From Alphaproteobacteria bacterium (GTDB lineage: Bacteria > Pseudomonadota > Alphaproteobacteria > G965222575), in assembly GCA_965222575.1 (NCBI GenBank), contig OZ244958.1:704001-768000 (forward strand): a stretch of DNA of 64,000 nucleotides, in the 5' to 3' direction. The translations under genes and the position numbers were made by a program. Below are positions 10,292 to 20,893 of this stretch, one piece after another. The notes beneath the pieces were generated by a model. That model saw nothing but the letters and a program-made list of their open reading frames with translations, had not been told where the DNA came from and searched no databases. Each line of letters starts with the position of its first letter. The stretch's first letter is position 1.

Positions 10292-11611
10292 GTGATGCTT
10301 TCACGATATACCCGTCCTGTGATGGCGACTCTTTGGGGGAAAGAAGAGAAGTATAGAATCTGGTTAGAAATAGAGTGTCTTGTTGCCGAGGCGCAGGCAC
10401 AACTTGGTCTTATTCCGTCTTCCGTTCCTGTTGTTTTGAGGGAGAAGGGGGGGCGTTTCTCCTTAGAGCGGATTGAGGAGATTGAAGAGGAGGTACAGCA
10501 TGAGGTGTTGGCGTTTTTGACTGCTGTTGCTGAGAGCATAGGGGAGGAGGGGAATTTTACCCACTATGCTTTGACCAGTTCTGATGTGTTAGACACAGCT
10601 TTTAGCGTACAGTTAACGCGGGGGCTGGATATTGTACTAGAGGATAACAAGGCTTTATTGGGTGCTTTACAGAAATTGGCGTGTACGCATGCGCGGACTC
10701 TTTGTGTGGGGCGTAGTCATGGCATGAGTGCGGAGCCTATGACATTTGGGCTTAAGATTCTGTCTTTTTATGCGGAGTTTTCCCGTGCGTTTCGACGTCT
10801 TAGAGTTGCGCGCGAGGAGGTAGCAACGGCACAGATTTCTGGTCCTGTGGGGCTATTTTCTTTTTTGTCTCCTGAGGTAGAGGCTTATGTTGCAAGAAAA
10901 CTAGGCTTGACAGGAGAGCCAATTTCTACGCAAGTCATTCCGCGTGACCGTCATGGAGCAATGTTTGCGGCTTTAGGAGTGGTGGCTTCTTCTATTGAGC
11001 GGTTGGCAGTGGAGATTAGGCATTTATCCAGAGCGGAAGTTGGGGAAGTCTCTGAGTGTTTTGGGGACGGACAAAAAGGGTCTTCTTCTATGCCTCATAA
11101 GAAAAACCCTATTTTAGCGGAGAATCTCACAGGGCTTGCGCGTTTGGTACGCATGAATGTCATACCGGCACTGGAAAATGTTGCCCTTTGGCATGAAAGA
11201 GATATTTCTCATTCCTCTGTAGAACGTGTCATTGCCCCCTCTGCCCTTACTTATTTGGACTTTGCCCTTGTGCGGTTAACAGAGGTCTTAGAGACCTTGA
11301 AGGTTTATCCACAGGTGATGGTGCGTAATCTTGAGGCCACAGGAGGAGTCATTTTTTCTCATGCCTTGCTTTTAGCTCTTGTACGGGGAGGAATGTCTAG
11401 GAAAGAAGCGTATCGTAAGATACAACAGCATGCTTTTAAGACTCAGATTGACGGCGGGGATTATCGGACTCAGATTATGAAAGATAGCAGTATCCTTACT
11501 TGCTTAGGTGGAGAGAAGGCGGTACAGGCTCTCTTTGATACAGACTCTTTTTTCCCCCATGTGGACGCTATTTTTCAAAGGGTTTGGGAGTGTTACCCTT
11601 TGCCGTCTTAG
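10292..11611 (+). CDS. purB: Adenylosuccinate lyase
   Basis: TSSDVLDT, GRSHG, GSSSMPHKKNP signature, WHERDISHSSVER. Confidence 0.97.
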   Translation: MMLSRYTRPVMATLWGKEEKYRIWLEIECLVAEAQAQLGLIPSSVPVVLREKGGRFSLERIEEIEEEVQHEVLAFLTAVAESIGEEGNFTHYALTSSDVLDTAFSVQLTRGLDIVLEDNKALLGALQKLACTHARTLCVGRSHGMSAEPMTFGLKILSFYAEFSRAFRRLRVAREEVATAQISGPVGLFSFLSPEVEAYVARKLGLTGEPISTQVIPRDRHGAMFAALGVVASSIERLAVEIRHLSRAEVGEVSECFGDGQKGSSSMPHKKNPILAENLTGLARLVRMNVIPALENVALWHERDISHSSVERVIAPSALTYLDFALVRLTEVLETLKVYPQVMVRNLEATGGVIFSHALLLALVRGGMSRKEAYRKIQQHAFKTQIDGGDYRTQIMKDSSILTCLGGEKAVQALFDTDSFFPHVDAIFQRVWECYPLPS

Positions 11612-11680
11612 GAGAGGTCTTTTCTAAAAATTAACCCTCATAGGCTTTTAATACCCTTACGATTATGTTGGGGTTAAGTC

Positions 11681-14005
11681 ATGGAATTTCTATCAAGGAA
11701 GATTTTTCGGCGCTCCTTTCGTTTGACTTTATTGTCTTCTATTTTGATTTTAGTGGTAGGGATTACATTTCTTACCTCTTTAATGGTGGGGTTACTGAAT
11801 TATCATGTAGGCTCTGATTTGTTATATACGGAAGCTAAGAATCGTCTTGTTGCCACATTGGTTTATAGGAGTCAAGAGATTAAGCAGTGGCTTAATGGTC
11901 TTGCGAATGTTGTGCAGGCGGAAGCGCAAAATCCTTTTCTTGGGGATTCGCTTGAGAGTTTTAAGAAGATTTTTCATCAGGGGGGGGAAGAGATGAAAAG
12001 ACGTTTAATTAAGTCTTATATTGTGGATAATCCTTTTGGGAAGGAAGAGCGTGAGAATCTCAATATATCGGCTTTGAGTACATCGGCTTATGATTCGATA
12101 CATTTGCAGTATCATTTGTATTTTCGGTCATTGAAGAAGCAGTTTTATTTTAGTGATGTTCTGTTGATTGATGAGGAGGGTGAGGTTGTTTACAGTTTGA
12201 AGAAGACGGATCATTTTGCGACGAATTTGGTAGTTGGTCCTTATAATTCATCAGTGTTGGGGAAGACTTATAAGGCGTTGCGGCATAGGGCTATTCCTGG
12301 GAAAGTTTTATTTTCTGATTTTTTAGAAGACCCTGAGATGGGAGAGCGTCATGTTGGTTATATTGGCACGGGGATTTTTAATGATGAGGGGGTATTGTTG
12401 GGGATTTTGGTGATGGGGATTGATACCAGTCGGTTGGATGAGATTATGAACAATTCGTTGGGTCTTGGAGAGACGGGCGGGGCACTTTTGGTGGGAGAAG
12501 ATGGTCGTGCGCGTCATGAATTGGAAGAGAGGGGGGGGGTACAAGAGCTGAGAGGTTTTGTTACGCGTACGATTTTACGGAGTCAGCAGTCTTCTTCTGG
12601 GTTGGTGCCATTTTCTGGAGAGTCCGGTCAGAATGTGTATGAGAATGTGTCTTTATGGAAGAGGGTATATGCTTTGTTTAAGGGGGATGTGATAGACAAT
12701 CAAGAGGTGTTTCGGTCTTTTCAAGGAGCTTATGATGGTCAAGGCGGGGTGATTGAGAATTATCAAGGTGGGGAGGAGCCTTCTTTAGTAGCCCATGTGC
12801 CTGTTTTGGTGTTAGGGGTGCGGTGGATATTGTTGGTACAGCAGTCTATGGGTGAGGTGAGTATTTTTTTGAAGGCGTTGCGGCATAAGATTATTCGTAA
12901 TACGGGTGGGGTGCAGGTGATTATTCTGTTGATTGGTTTTGTATTTGCGACGAGTATTGTGGGGCCACTAAAGCGTATGGCGCAGGTGATTCCGAGCTTG
13001 CGTCAGGGGCATATTTCTGTGCCTAAGAAGGCTTTGGAGAGAGCGGATGAGATAGGGGAGATGGCAAGACAGCTACAGAAGTTTCAACTGACTCTTTTGG
13101 AATCTGATAGGTTAAGGCGTGATGCGGAGAAATCTCGTGTGCGGGGTGAGATGACTTTAAGGGAGAAGAAACGCGCCTTAGCCGATCGTTTTCAGGTACG
13201 CATTAATGGTGTTGTGGAGATGGTGGGAGAGGCGTCGGCTACTATGAAGGAAGTGGCGGAAGAGTTGTATCTTTTGGTGGGGAAAACGCAATCCTCTTGT
13301 CAGGGGGCTATTAAGGCGGCGAATATGGCTGTGAAAGAGGTGAATGCCATGGCGGATTTTTCCAGTGACCTTGGCATTTCTATTACTTTTGTGACGAAGA
13401 AATTGAAGCGTTCTTTACAGATGGTGGAGAAAGCTGAGGAAGAGGCGGAGAAAACCAATGCTCGTGTTGAGTCTCTGTTGGTTGCGGCTGAGAGCATTGA
13501 TAAGGTGATTGAGTTTATCAATGATATTGCTAAAAAAACCAATCTTTTGGCCTTAAATGCCACCATTGAATCGGCGCGCGCGGGGGCAAGTGGGAAAGGG
13601 TTTTCTATTGTTGCTCAAGAAGTCAAGCTTTTGGCTAATAGAACCACGAACGCTATAGAAAAGGTTGGTAACCATATCACGAAAATGCAAAAGGAGACCC
13701 AAGAGTCTGTTGCCTCTATTCGCTGTATTCAGCAGTCTATTCGTGATATTACTAAGGAGGTAGGGGAAATGGCTGAAAGCATGAAAACCCATGCCACGGC
13801 TACACAAAATATTTCTACTTCTGCCCAAGTTGTGGCAGATGGGAATTTTAAGTTACATGATAATATTAAAGAAGTGACGGTAGCCTCTGAGAGCAGTGCG
13901 GGGGCGGTGAAAAGAGTCCATAAAGCCGCTGAAACTTTGATTGAGGTTTCTGATGATTTAAGCTACCGGGCTAAGGATTTTTTGAACCATATTCGTAAGA
14001 CATAA
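11681..14005 (+). CDS. Methyl-accepting chemotaxis protein (dCache-like sensor, HAMP, signalling domain)
   Basis: Two TM segments, RADEIGEMA HAMP motif, IAKKTNLLALNATIESARAGASGKGFSIVAQEVKLLA hairpin. Confidence 0.93.
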   Translation: MEFLSRKIFRRSFRLTLLSSILILVVGITFLTSLMVGLLNYHVGSDLLYTEAKNRLVATLVYRSQEIKQWLNGLANVVQAEAQNPFLGDSLESFKKIFHQGGEEMKRRLIKSYIVDNPFGKEERENLNISALSTSAYDSIHLQYHLYFRSLKKQFYFSDVLLIDEEGEVVYSLKKTDHFATNLVVGPYNSSVLGKTYKALRHRAIPGKVLFSDFLEDPEMGERHVGYIGTGIFNDEGVLLGILVMGIDTSRLDEIMNNSLGLGETGGALLVGEDGRARHELEERGGVQELRGFVTRTILRSQQSSSGLVPFSGESGQNVYENVSLWKRVYALFKGDVIDNQEVFRSFQGAYDGQGGVIENYQGGEEPSLVAHVPVLVLGVRWILLVQQSMGEVSIFLKALRHKIIRNTGGVQVIILLIGFVFATSIVGPLKRMAQVIPSLRQGHISVPKKALERADEIGEMARQLQKFQLTLLESDRLRRDAEKSRVRGEMTLREKKRALADRFQVRINGVVEMVGEASATMKEVAEELYLLVGKTQSSCQGAIKAANMAVKEVNAMADFSSDLGISITFVTKKLKRSLQMVEKAEEEAEKTNARVESLLVAAESIDKVIEFINDIAKKTNLLALNATIESARAGASGKGFSIVAQEVKLLANRTTNAIEKVGNHITKMQKETQESVASIRCIQQSIRDITKEVGEMAESMKTHATATQNISTSAQVVADGNFKLHDNIKEVTVASESSAGAVKRVHKAAETLIEVSDDLSYRAKDFLNHIRKT

Positions 14006-14171
14006 GAGGTTTTTTTAGTGGTGGGGGCGAAGATTGAGTGGGTTTTTAGGTTTTGTTTTGACAAGGGGTGCGCTTTACGACAATAATGTTTATTGTTTGT
14101 AAATTGACACTGATGGATGATTTATGCTCTAATACATCATAGTTTCAAAAAATGGAGCTTGGAATTCTGAT

Positions 14172-15977
14172 GTGTTGTCTAGAGGAGGGGTTGATAGTAT
14201 TGTGTTGAAGCGACTGAAGCTTTCCTTCTTTTTTCTGTATTTTATGTGCTTTTTAGGTGTGCTAGGGAGCTTTCCCTCTGCATGGGGGTATACGCTTTTT
14301 AGAGCGAAGGTCGGTCAATTTACATTTGATGCGAACTTTGCTTTATTATTTGAATATGAGTATCCTGTTCCTCGTAGTGCAGGAGGCAATGTTTACAATT
14401 TTTTTTATGAGGGCAATTTTGGTACGGGATATACTTGGCGGAAGAGAATCTTTGGCATTAACTTTACTGCTAATCTGACCTACAGAGGAAAGTTTCTTTA
14501 TAGAGGGAAAAATATTCCTTTTATCAGTGCTTTTCGCGAGGGACAAGATTTGCTGGACATGCAATATAAAGATGAATGGGAATACCAGGTGATTTTCCCT
14601 CGATTTGGGAAGTTTTTGTATGACTCTGAAAGTTTGGTGTATAGGAGGGAGATTGATACAAGAAAGATAGGAAGAGTTTCTTTTCGATACGAAGATATTC
14701 CCCCGAATACCTATGATAAGTGGGTAAAGGAGGGGTTGTATTCTGCTGGAGAAGATACCTATAAATTTTCAACGATTGGCTTGTTATCAGCTGGCTTTAC
14801 ATTGAATTATTTACCGCAATATTGTAAAATTGGTAAGAACAAGAGGATCGCCGGTGAAGATCCTCCTACTCAGGAGATTGTGAGATGTCATCGGGGTTTG
14901 TTCCTGAGAATGGAGAATCTTCAGCACAATTTCTTGTTGGACGATAAAGTATACGATGAGGAAGACCTGCGCCAATCACTACTTGCCACAGAAGAAGATG
15001 AAGACAAAGAACCTTCTGTTCAGCGTCTTTACGGCTGGGTTTCTCCGCTTTATTATCCTGTCTCCCTTTTTGTTGGGTATCAAGTGGACGGAGCTTTTAA
15101 GAGGAAAACAGCAAAGGGGAGAATATTGGTATTGAATTACAGAAAATACTTATACAATTATGATTTACGACTTGATGTGCGTTATGCCTACGCTAAGGAC
15201 TTAAGGGAAATAACGGATAGAAAGGTATTCTACGTGAAAGTTGACAAGGGGAATTATACTTTATTCTTAACGCATATACGGCAGGATCTGATGCATCGCT
15301 ATTGGGGAGGTGTTGTGACGAAAGTCAGGGGATGGGATGTCAAATTTTTCTATGGACGAGTGAAGAGGTTTATTGACTATGATACGCTACTCTTTCAGGC
15401 GAACTTGGGGACTCACTATGGTGATGAGAGAGATAGTGTGAGAAATGATGTAGGGACGGAGCCTTATACTTTTACGGATTTAACGGAGTTTGCGGCGCGG
15501 CGCAATAAGCTAACGGTGTTAGGGAGGTTTACTGTAGAAGGGAAAGGCGTTTTGATGAAGTCTTTTTCAGATATGCTAGGCATATCGAACAGGACGTATA
15601 CGAATTGGCTGGGGTATATAAGTTTTAATTGGCAATTGCCTTCGCATTGGGAAGTTGCGCAGGTTTTCAGTACTGTGAAGGTGGAAGTAGCGTCGGCGCC
15701 GAGGTTGTTGCTATTGCCTAGTAATGAAGTTGCTTCGCGTATACATTCTTATCAAATTTTGGTAGGGAATGCGCGGAAAATCAGAATACCTTTTAGGGTA
15801 ACTGTAAAGTGGAATCTTTATTACATATCAAAGTACATGGATATTAGCAGAGAAAAAGTAACATATCCTGCGTATATTACTCTGACTAGAAGAGATGGAA
15901 GAGATGGGGCTGGTTATGATCGATTAGAGAAAAAAATAGATCGTGGGTTTAGAATTGCTTTAAGTGTAAACTTTTAG
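14172..15977 (+). CDS. Hypothetical outer-membrane beta-barrel/porin-like protein
   Basis: Signal-peptide-like N-terminus, Y/F/G-rich amphipathic strands, C-terminal GFRIALSVNF beta-signal. Confidence 0.55.
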   Translation: MLSRGGVDSIVLKRLKLSFFFLYFMCFLGVLGSFPSAWGYTLFRAKVGQFTFDANFALLFEYEYPVPRSAGGNVYNFFYEGNFGTGYTWRKRIFGINFTANLTYRGKFLYRGKNIPFISAFREGQDLLDMQYKDEWEYQVIFPRFGKFLYDSESLVYRREIDTRKIGRVSFRYEDIPPNTYDKWVKEGLYSAGEDTYKFSTIGLLSAGFTLNYLPQYCKIGKNKRIAGEDPPTQEIVRCHRGLFLRMENLQHNFLLDDKVYDEEDLRQSLLATEEDEDKEPSVQRLYGWVSPLYYPVSLFVGYQVDGAFKRKTAKGRILVLNYRKYLYNYDLRLDVRYAYAKDLREITDRKVFYVKVDKGNYTLFLTHIRQDLMHRYWGGVVTKVRGWDVKFFYGRVKRFIDYDTLLFQANLGTHYGDERDSVRNDVGTEPYTFTDLTEFAARRNKLTVLGRFTVEGKGVLMKSFSDMLGISNRTYTNWLGYISFNWQLPSHWEVAQVFSTVKVEVASAPRLLLLPSNEVASRIHSYQILVGNARKIRIPFRVTVKWNLYYISKYMDISREKVTYPAYITLTRRDGRDGAGYDRLEKKIDRGFRIALSVNF

Positions 15978-16229
15978 ATATCTGTAGATGATAGGGTGTT
16001 GAGTCTAAGCCATAAGCGAGGTCGTAGTGCCTGCTCATTATCCTTTTTCTTCTAGCCTGTAATAGTCTTAACCCCCCTTTGTTTTTTAGGGAATCTCCCG
16101 TTGAGTGCTCGTCACTTACACATTGAAAACCTTGTTTTTTCAGGTGACTTGCCTTGAAAAAACCTTTACAATAAGTAGTATTGAGGCAAAAAGCCTAACC
16201 CGTTTTATTTGTGGAGTTAATACCCTTTT

Positions 16230-18857
16230 ATGAGTTCTTCTAAAAATACAGCTCAACATCAACCCCCTCCTACAATCCATATCAAAAGCATTTCCATTGA
16301 GAAGGAAATGCAACAATCCTATTTGGCTTATGCCATGAGTGTGATTATTGCGCGTGCCTTGCCCGATGCGCGCGATGGGTTGAAGCCTGTCCATAGACGG
16401 ATTTTACACGCTATGAATGAAGGCGGATACACCTCTGGGAAACCCTATAGAAAATCAGCTCGTATTGTGGGGGATGTCATTGGGAAGTATCACCCTCATG
16501 GAGAGGCGGCTATTTATGAAGCTATGGTGCGGCTAGTGCAGGATTTTAGCATGCGACTGCCACTTTTAGACGGACAGGGCAATTTTGGCTCTTTAGATGG
16601 AGACAAACCTGCTGCTATGCGTTATACAGAGATTCGACTCAAACCCCCTGCCGAAGCGCTCCTCAGCGGTATCAAAGAAAATACTGTAGATTTCAAACCT
16701 AACTATGACAGCTCTGAAACAGAACCCTCTGTTCTACCAGCGGCTTTCCCAAACCTCTTGGTCAACGGCGCTAGTGGTATCGCTGTGGGAATGGCTACCA
16801 ATATTCCTCCTTATAACCTCAATGAACTCATAGATGCTACCCTTGCCCTCATAGAGACCCCTTCACTCCAAAGGGAAGACTTAGCACACACTATCCTAGG
16901 ACCGGACTTCCCAACAGGAGGCATTATCCTTGGCAAACAAGGAATCCATGACGCCCTCATGACAGGACGCGGTACTATCTCCATGAGAGGGCAACTCCAT
17001 ACGGAACGGGCAGATACGAACTCTCCTGCCCTTATCATTACAGAAATCCCTTATCAACTCAACAAAGCGCGCCTTATTGAAACGATTGCTATGAATGTTA
17101 GGAAGCAAATCATTGAAGGCGTTGCTGATTTACGCGACGAATCCAATAAGGAGGGTGTGCGTATTGTTATTGAACTCAAACGCGGTTATGACCCTGCTAT
17201 CATTGAGAATACCCTCTATAAATATACGCCTCTACAGAGCTCTTTTGGTATTAACATGGTGGCACTTAATGAAGGAAGACCTCAGCGACTCAATATCAAA
17301 GAGTTACTGTCTATCTTTATTGATTTTAGAAAAGAGACTCTCACAAGAAGGACCCAGTATCGTCTTGATAAGGCCCGCGCCCGTGCTCATCTTTTATTAG
17401 CACTCGGACTTGCTGTGGCGAACCTTGATGAAATGGTGGCGCTTATTAAAAGTGCGAAAGATACAGCCCATGCCCGTACTCTGCTCATGGAGAAGCCTTG
17501 GCCTCTTAAAGACTGCGAAACTTTAGTGACACTCATTGAAGGCACACAACAAGGCAAAGTTTATCACCTCTCTGAAGTCCAAGCTAGAGGGATTTTGGAC
17601 TTGCGTTTGAACCGTTTAACGGCTCTAGGACGTGAAGAAATTGAAAAAGAACTCAGAGAATTAGCGACTTATATCACACGCCATTTAGATATCCTAATGC
17701 ATGAAGAGTCCTTAGTGAAACTCATGAAAGAGGAGCTACAACAGGTCAAAGAGAATTTTGGCACTCCTAGAAGAACAGAAATTTCAGACCAACTGCTTTC
17801 TTTTGAAGAAGAACACTTTATTCAAAAAGAAAATATGGTGGTAACATTGTCTGATAAGGGTTATGTGAAGCGCGTCCCCTTAAGTACTTATAAGCCGCAA
17901 AAAAGAGGCGGGAAGGGACGCATAGGGGCTAAAACCGTAGAGGAAGATTTTCTCAGGGAAGTCTATGTGGTGAGTACCCATGATGATTTATTGATGTTCT
18001 CAAATCTTGGAAGAGTCTATAAAATCAAGGCCTATCGCTTGCCGCAAGCCCTCCCACACTCTAAGGGAAAAGCCTTACAGAACAAGATTCCTTTGGCGGA
18101 AAAGGAAAAAATCAGACGTCTTTTGGTGCTACAAAACCAAGACACCTCTTCTACTAATGGACTGGAGGCTTTGGCTCTTGAACCTGAGCAAAAGAAGCTT
18201 TTTATCATCTTTGCTACCGCTTTTGGGAAAGTGAGAAGGAACGCTATTGAAGATTTTGAGATGGTGCGGGCTAATGGGAAAATTGCTATGAAACTACAAG
18301 AGGATGACCGCATTGTGGGTGTGGATTTGTGCGGGGAGGATCATAAAATTGTCTTGACGAATAGGGAGGGGAAAGCCATTTGTTTTAAGGCGGGGGATGT
18401 ACGAACCATCAAGAGCAGAAATTCCTCTGGCGTGAACGGCATGAGACTGAAAGGGAACAACAAAGTTGTTAGTATGTCCGTTTTAGAAGCACGTTCTTCG
18501 GAAGCGCCCGCCTCTTCTAAAGAGGCATTCTTTATGTTGACCATCACAGAGAATGGCTACGGCAAGCTTACCGCTGTGAGTCAATACAGGATTCAAAGAA
18601 GAGGCGGCACGGGTGTTATTACCATTAAGACCTCTAAGCGCAATGGGAGGGTGATTTTCGCTGCTGTGGTGAAGAAGACAGACCAACTGATGCTGATGAC
18701 CAATAAAGGACAAGTGATTCGCTCGCCTATCAAGGGTATTCGCGCCTATTCCCGTAATACACAAGGGGTAATATTGTTCAGAGTAGCGAAAGATGAACGA
18801 GTCGTTGCTGCTTCTGTGTTGGATGATAAAATACTGCTAGAATCGCCATGCGTATAG
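16230..18857 (+). CDS. gyrA: DNA gyrase subunit A
   Basis: [30 protein letters not shown], GyrA-box QKRGGKG. Confidence 0.97.
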   Translation: MSSSKNTAQHQPPPTIHIKSISIEKEMQQSYLAYAMSVIIARALPDARDGLKPVHRRILHAMNEGGYTSGKPYRKSARIVGDVIGKYHPHGEAAIYEAMVRLVQDFSMRLPLLDGQGNFGSLDGDKPAAMRYTEIRLKPPAEALLSGIKENTVDFKPNYDSSETEPSVLPAAFPNLLVNGASGIAVGMATNIPPYNLNELIDATLALIETPSLQREDLAHTILGPDFPTGGIILGKQGIHDALMTGRGTISMRGQLHTERADTNSPALIITEIPYQLNKARLIETIAMNVRKQIIEGVADLRDESNKEGVRIVIELKRGYDPAIIENTLYKYTPLQSSFGINMVALNEGRPQRLNIKELLSIFIDFRKETLTRRTQYRLDKARARAHLLLALGLAVANLDEMVALIKSAKDTAHARTLLMEKPWPLKDCETLVTLIEGTQQGKVYHLSEVQARGILDLRLNRLTALGREEIEKELRELATYITRHLDILMHEESLVKLMKEELQQVKENFGTPRRTEISDQLLSFEEEHFIQKENMVVTLSDKGYVKRVPLSTYKPQKRGGKGRIGAKTVEEDFLREVYVVSTHDDLLMFSNLGRVYKIKAYRLPQALPHSKGKALQNKIPLAEKEKIRRLLVLQNQDTSSTNGLEALALEPEQKKLFIIFATAFGKVRRNAIEDFEMVRANGKIAMKLQEDDRIVGVDLCGEDHKIVLTNREGKAICFKAGDVRTIKSRNSSGVNGMRLKGNNKVVSMSVLEARSSEAPASSKEAFFMLTITENGYGKLTAVSQYRIQRRGGTGVITIKTSKRNGRVIFAAVVKKTDQLMLMTNKGQVIRSPIKGIRAYSRNTQGVILFRVAKDERVVAASVLDDKILLESPCV

Positions 18858-19345
18858 GTCTTTATCCTGGTACTTTTGATCCGATTCATTTTGGGCATCA
18901 CGCGCTCATAGAAAGAGGGGTAGCCTTAGTGGACAAGTTTTATATTGGTATTGCTGAGAATCCTTTGAAAAAGCCCTTTCTTCCTCTTGATATCCGTCTT
19001 GCGTTGATTGAAGAAGAAGTGCTGCATTTTCCTCAAGATTTAAGACATAAAGTTTCTGTGACGGCCTTCAAAGGAACGTTGGTACAGTGTGCTCAGAACT
19101 TAAAGGCTAGTGTGATTTTTAGGGGACTAAGAGCGGTGACGGATGTGGCTTATGAATGTCAAATGACAGCCATGAATAAAGTCTTAGACGCTCATCTGGA
19201 GACAGTGTTTTTGTTGGCTACAGACCCTTATCAGTTTATTTCCTCAAAGTTGGTACGAGAAGTCTGTGCTGTGGGGGGGAATGTAGAGATGTTTGTGTCA
19301 CAGCGCGTGGCAAAAGTCTGTCGAGAATATGTCATCACCTCCTGA
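18848..19345 (+). CDS. coaD: Phosphopantetheine adenylyltransferase
   Basis: [29 protein letters not shown]. Confidence 0.96.
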   Translation: MRIGLYPGTFDPIHFGHHALIERGVALVDKFYIGIAENPLKKPFLPLDIRLALIEEEVLHFPQDLRHKVSVTAFKGTLVQCAQNLKASVIFRGLRAVTDVAYECQMTAMNKVLDAHLETVFLLATDPYQFISSKLVREVCAVGGNVEMFVSQRVAKVCREYVITS

Positions 19346-20357
19346 AGAAGGGTCTTTTACCTCTTATTCTTACCCGCCCGACGCTATTGCAACTTGTCCC
19401 TGCACGCCTAGAGAAAAAGCTACTCTCATGGTGGTAAAAAAGGAGAAAAGACTCTTCCAAACAATAGGCGATTTGCCAAACTTTCTCACCCCTTCCGATG
19501 TTTTAGTGCTCAATGATACAAAAGTTTACCCCGCACGCCTCCTGATGAACACTGGCTATGATAAGAAGGTAGAAGTTCTGTTGAATAAGCCGTTGTGTCA
19601 ATCCCATAGGCAATGGGAAGCCCTGATAAACCCTATGAAAGGCACAAAAGAAACCCTGTTCTTTAAGGGACATCAAGTGACAGCAGAAAAACAAAAAGGG
19701 CGCTTCTCTCTCATCAAGTTCCACCACCCCAACCCTCTAACCCTCATCAACCAATATGGTAGTACACCGATACCGCCCTATATCCTCAAGAAAAGACCAC
19801 TCCTCTCACAAGATAAAACAGACTATCAAACTGTCTACGCCAAAACACAAGGCGCCGTCGCTGCCCCAACAGCAGGCCTGCACTTTACACCGAATCTCCT
19901 CAAAACAATTCAAAACAAAAATATTCCCCTTGCCTTCATCACACTGCATGTAAGCGCCGGTACCTTCTTGCCTTTGGAAAAAAATCAACGATTCCTACAC
20001 GCAGAATACATGGAGATAAACCAAAAAACAGCAACACTACTCAATCAAGCGCAAAAAAATCAACAACGCATTATCAGTGTCGGCACAACAGTCCTAAGAG
20101 CCCTAGAAACCTGCTTAACCCACCGAGAACACTTTCACCCCTTTCAAGGAGAGACGAAAATATTTATCACGCCCGGCTTTGTGTTCAAAGCTGTAGATGT
20201 CCTCTTCACCAACTTTCACCTCCCCCACTCTTCTTTATTGCCACTGATTTGCGCTTTCGCAGGCGAACACCTCATCAAGACTTCATACCAAGAAGCCCTG
20301 AAAAGAAACTGTAAAATAGGCTCCTACGGAGATGCCTGTCTTTTTTATAGGACATAA
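19329..20357 (+). CDS. queA: S-adenosylmethionine:tRNA ribosyltransferase-isomerase
   Basis: LNDTKVYPAR, DYQTVYA, GAVAAPTAGLHFT, TNFHLPHSS, SYGDA. Confidence 0.95.
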   Translation: MSSPPEEGSFTSYSYPPDAIATCPCTPREKATLMVVKKEKRLFQTIGDLPNFLTPSDVLVLNDTKVYPARLLMNTGYDKKVEVLLNKPLCQSHRQWEALINPMKGTKETLFFKGHQVTAEKQKGRFSLIKFHHPNPLTLINQYGSTPIPPYILKKRPLLSQDKTDYQTVYAKTQGAVAAPTAGLHFTPNLLKTIQNKNIPLAFITLHVSAGTFLPLEKNQRFLHAEYMEINQKTATLLNQAQKNQQRIISVGTTVLRALETCLTHREHFHPFQGETKIFITPGFVFKAVDVLFTNFHLPHSSLLPLICAFAGEHLIKTSYQEALKRNCKIGSYGDACLFYRT

Positions 20358-20463
20358 TAATCAATCACTAAGGTGACCGCCACTTCATATTCAGAAATGA
20401 TACCAACATTTGTCCTCACTCTTAAAAAAGCCTACCTTTCATGAAAATAGTCCGATAAAAACT

Positions 20464-20502
20464 TTTCAGGTGTTCTCCTAGAAACTAGGAGAACACCTGA
20501 AA
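20464..20502. terminator. Perfect 18-bp inverted repeat with 3-nt loop (terminator or protein-binding palindrome)
   Basis: TTTCAGGTGTTCTCCTAG-AAA-CTAGGAGAACACCTGAAA. Confidence 0.65.
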
Positions 20503-20551
20503 GAGGAGCTAGAGAGAAGATAGACTCAACTATAAAAACACCATACTTTTA

Positions 20552-20566
20552 TTAAGAATATATTAA
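20552..20566. promoter_or_regulatory. CtrA-box-like site TTAA-N7-TTAA
   Basis: TTAA-GAATATA-TTAA; matches the alphaproteobacterial CtrA consensus but lies in AT-rich DNA where chance matches occur. Confidence 0.35.
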
Positions 20567-20616
20567 AATTAAATGGTTGGATATTTTGTATTTTTCATCC
20601 CGACTGCTCACCTATC

Positions 20617-20825
20617 ATAAAATAGAAGAGGGTATAGGGAAAACAAGGTGCGGGTACTAGTACAGGAAGCTCCCCCTTCAATAAGGTATCCCCCTTCAAT
20701 AAGGTATCCCCCCTCAACAAGATATCCCCTCAATAAGGTATCTCCTCAAGAGGGTATCCCCCTCAAGAGGGTCCCCCTCAAGAGGGTATCCCTCAAGAGG
20801 GTATAAAATAGAAGAGGGTATAGGG
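20617..20825. repeat. Short tandem array (about 8 units of 15-19 bp, CCCCTTCAATAAGGTAT grading to CCCTCAAGAGGGTAT) bracketed by 23-bp direct repeats
   Basis: ATAAAATAGAAGAGGGTATAGGG at 20617-20639 and 20803-20825; array at about 20671-20804. Confidence 0.9.
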
Positions 20826-20893
20826 TGTACCATAGAGATGGTGTATACTAATTGATGATGGGGGGAGAGGGACAAAAGGGTAAAGAGGAGAGG

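Noticed and set aside
20671-20804. CRISPR array
   Set aside because: Units are contiguous with no unique spacers, and no cas genes are present.
20358-20893. Firm oriC call
   Set aside because: No canonical DnaA boxes seen, and skew switches recur throughout the window.
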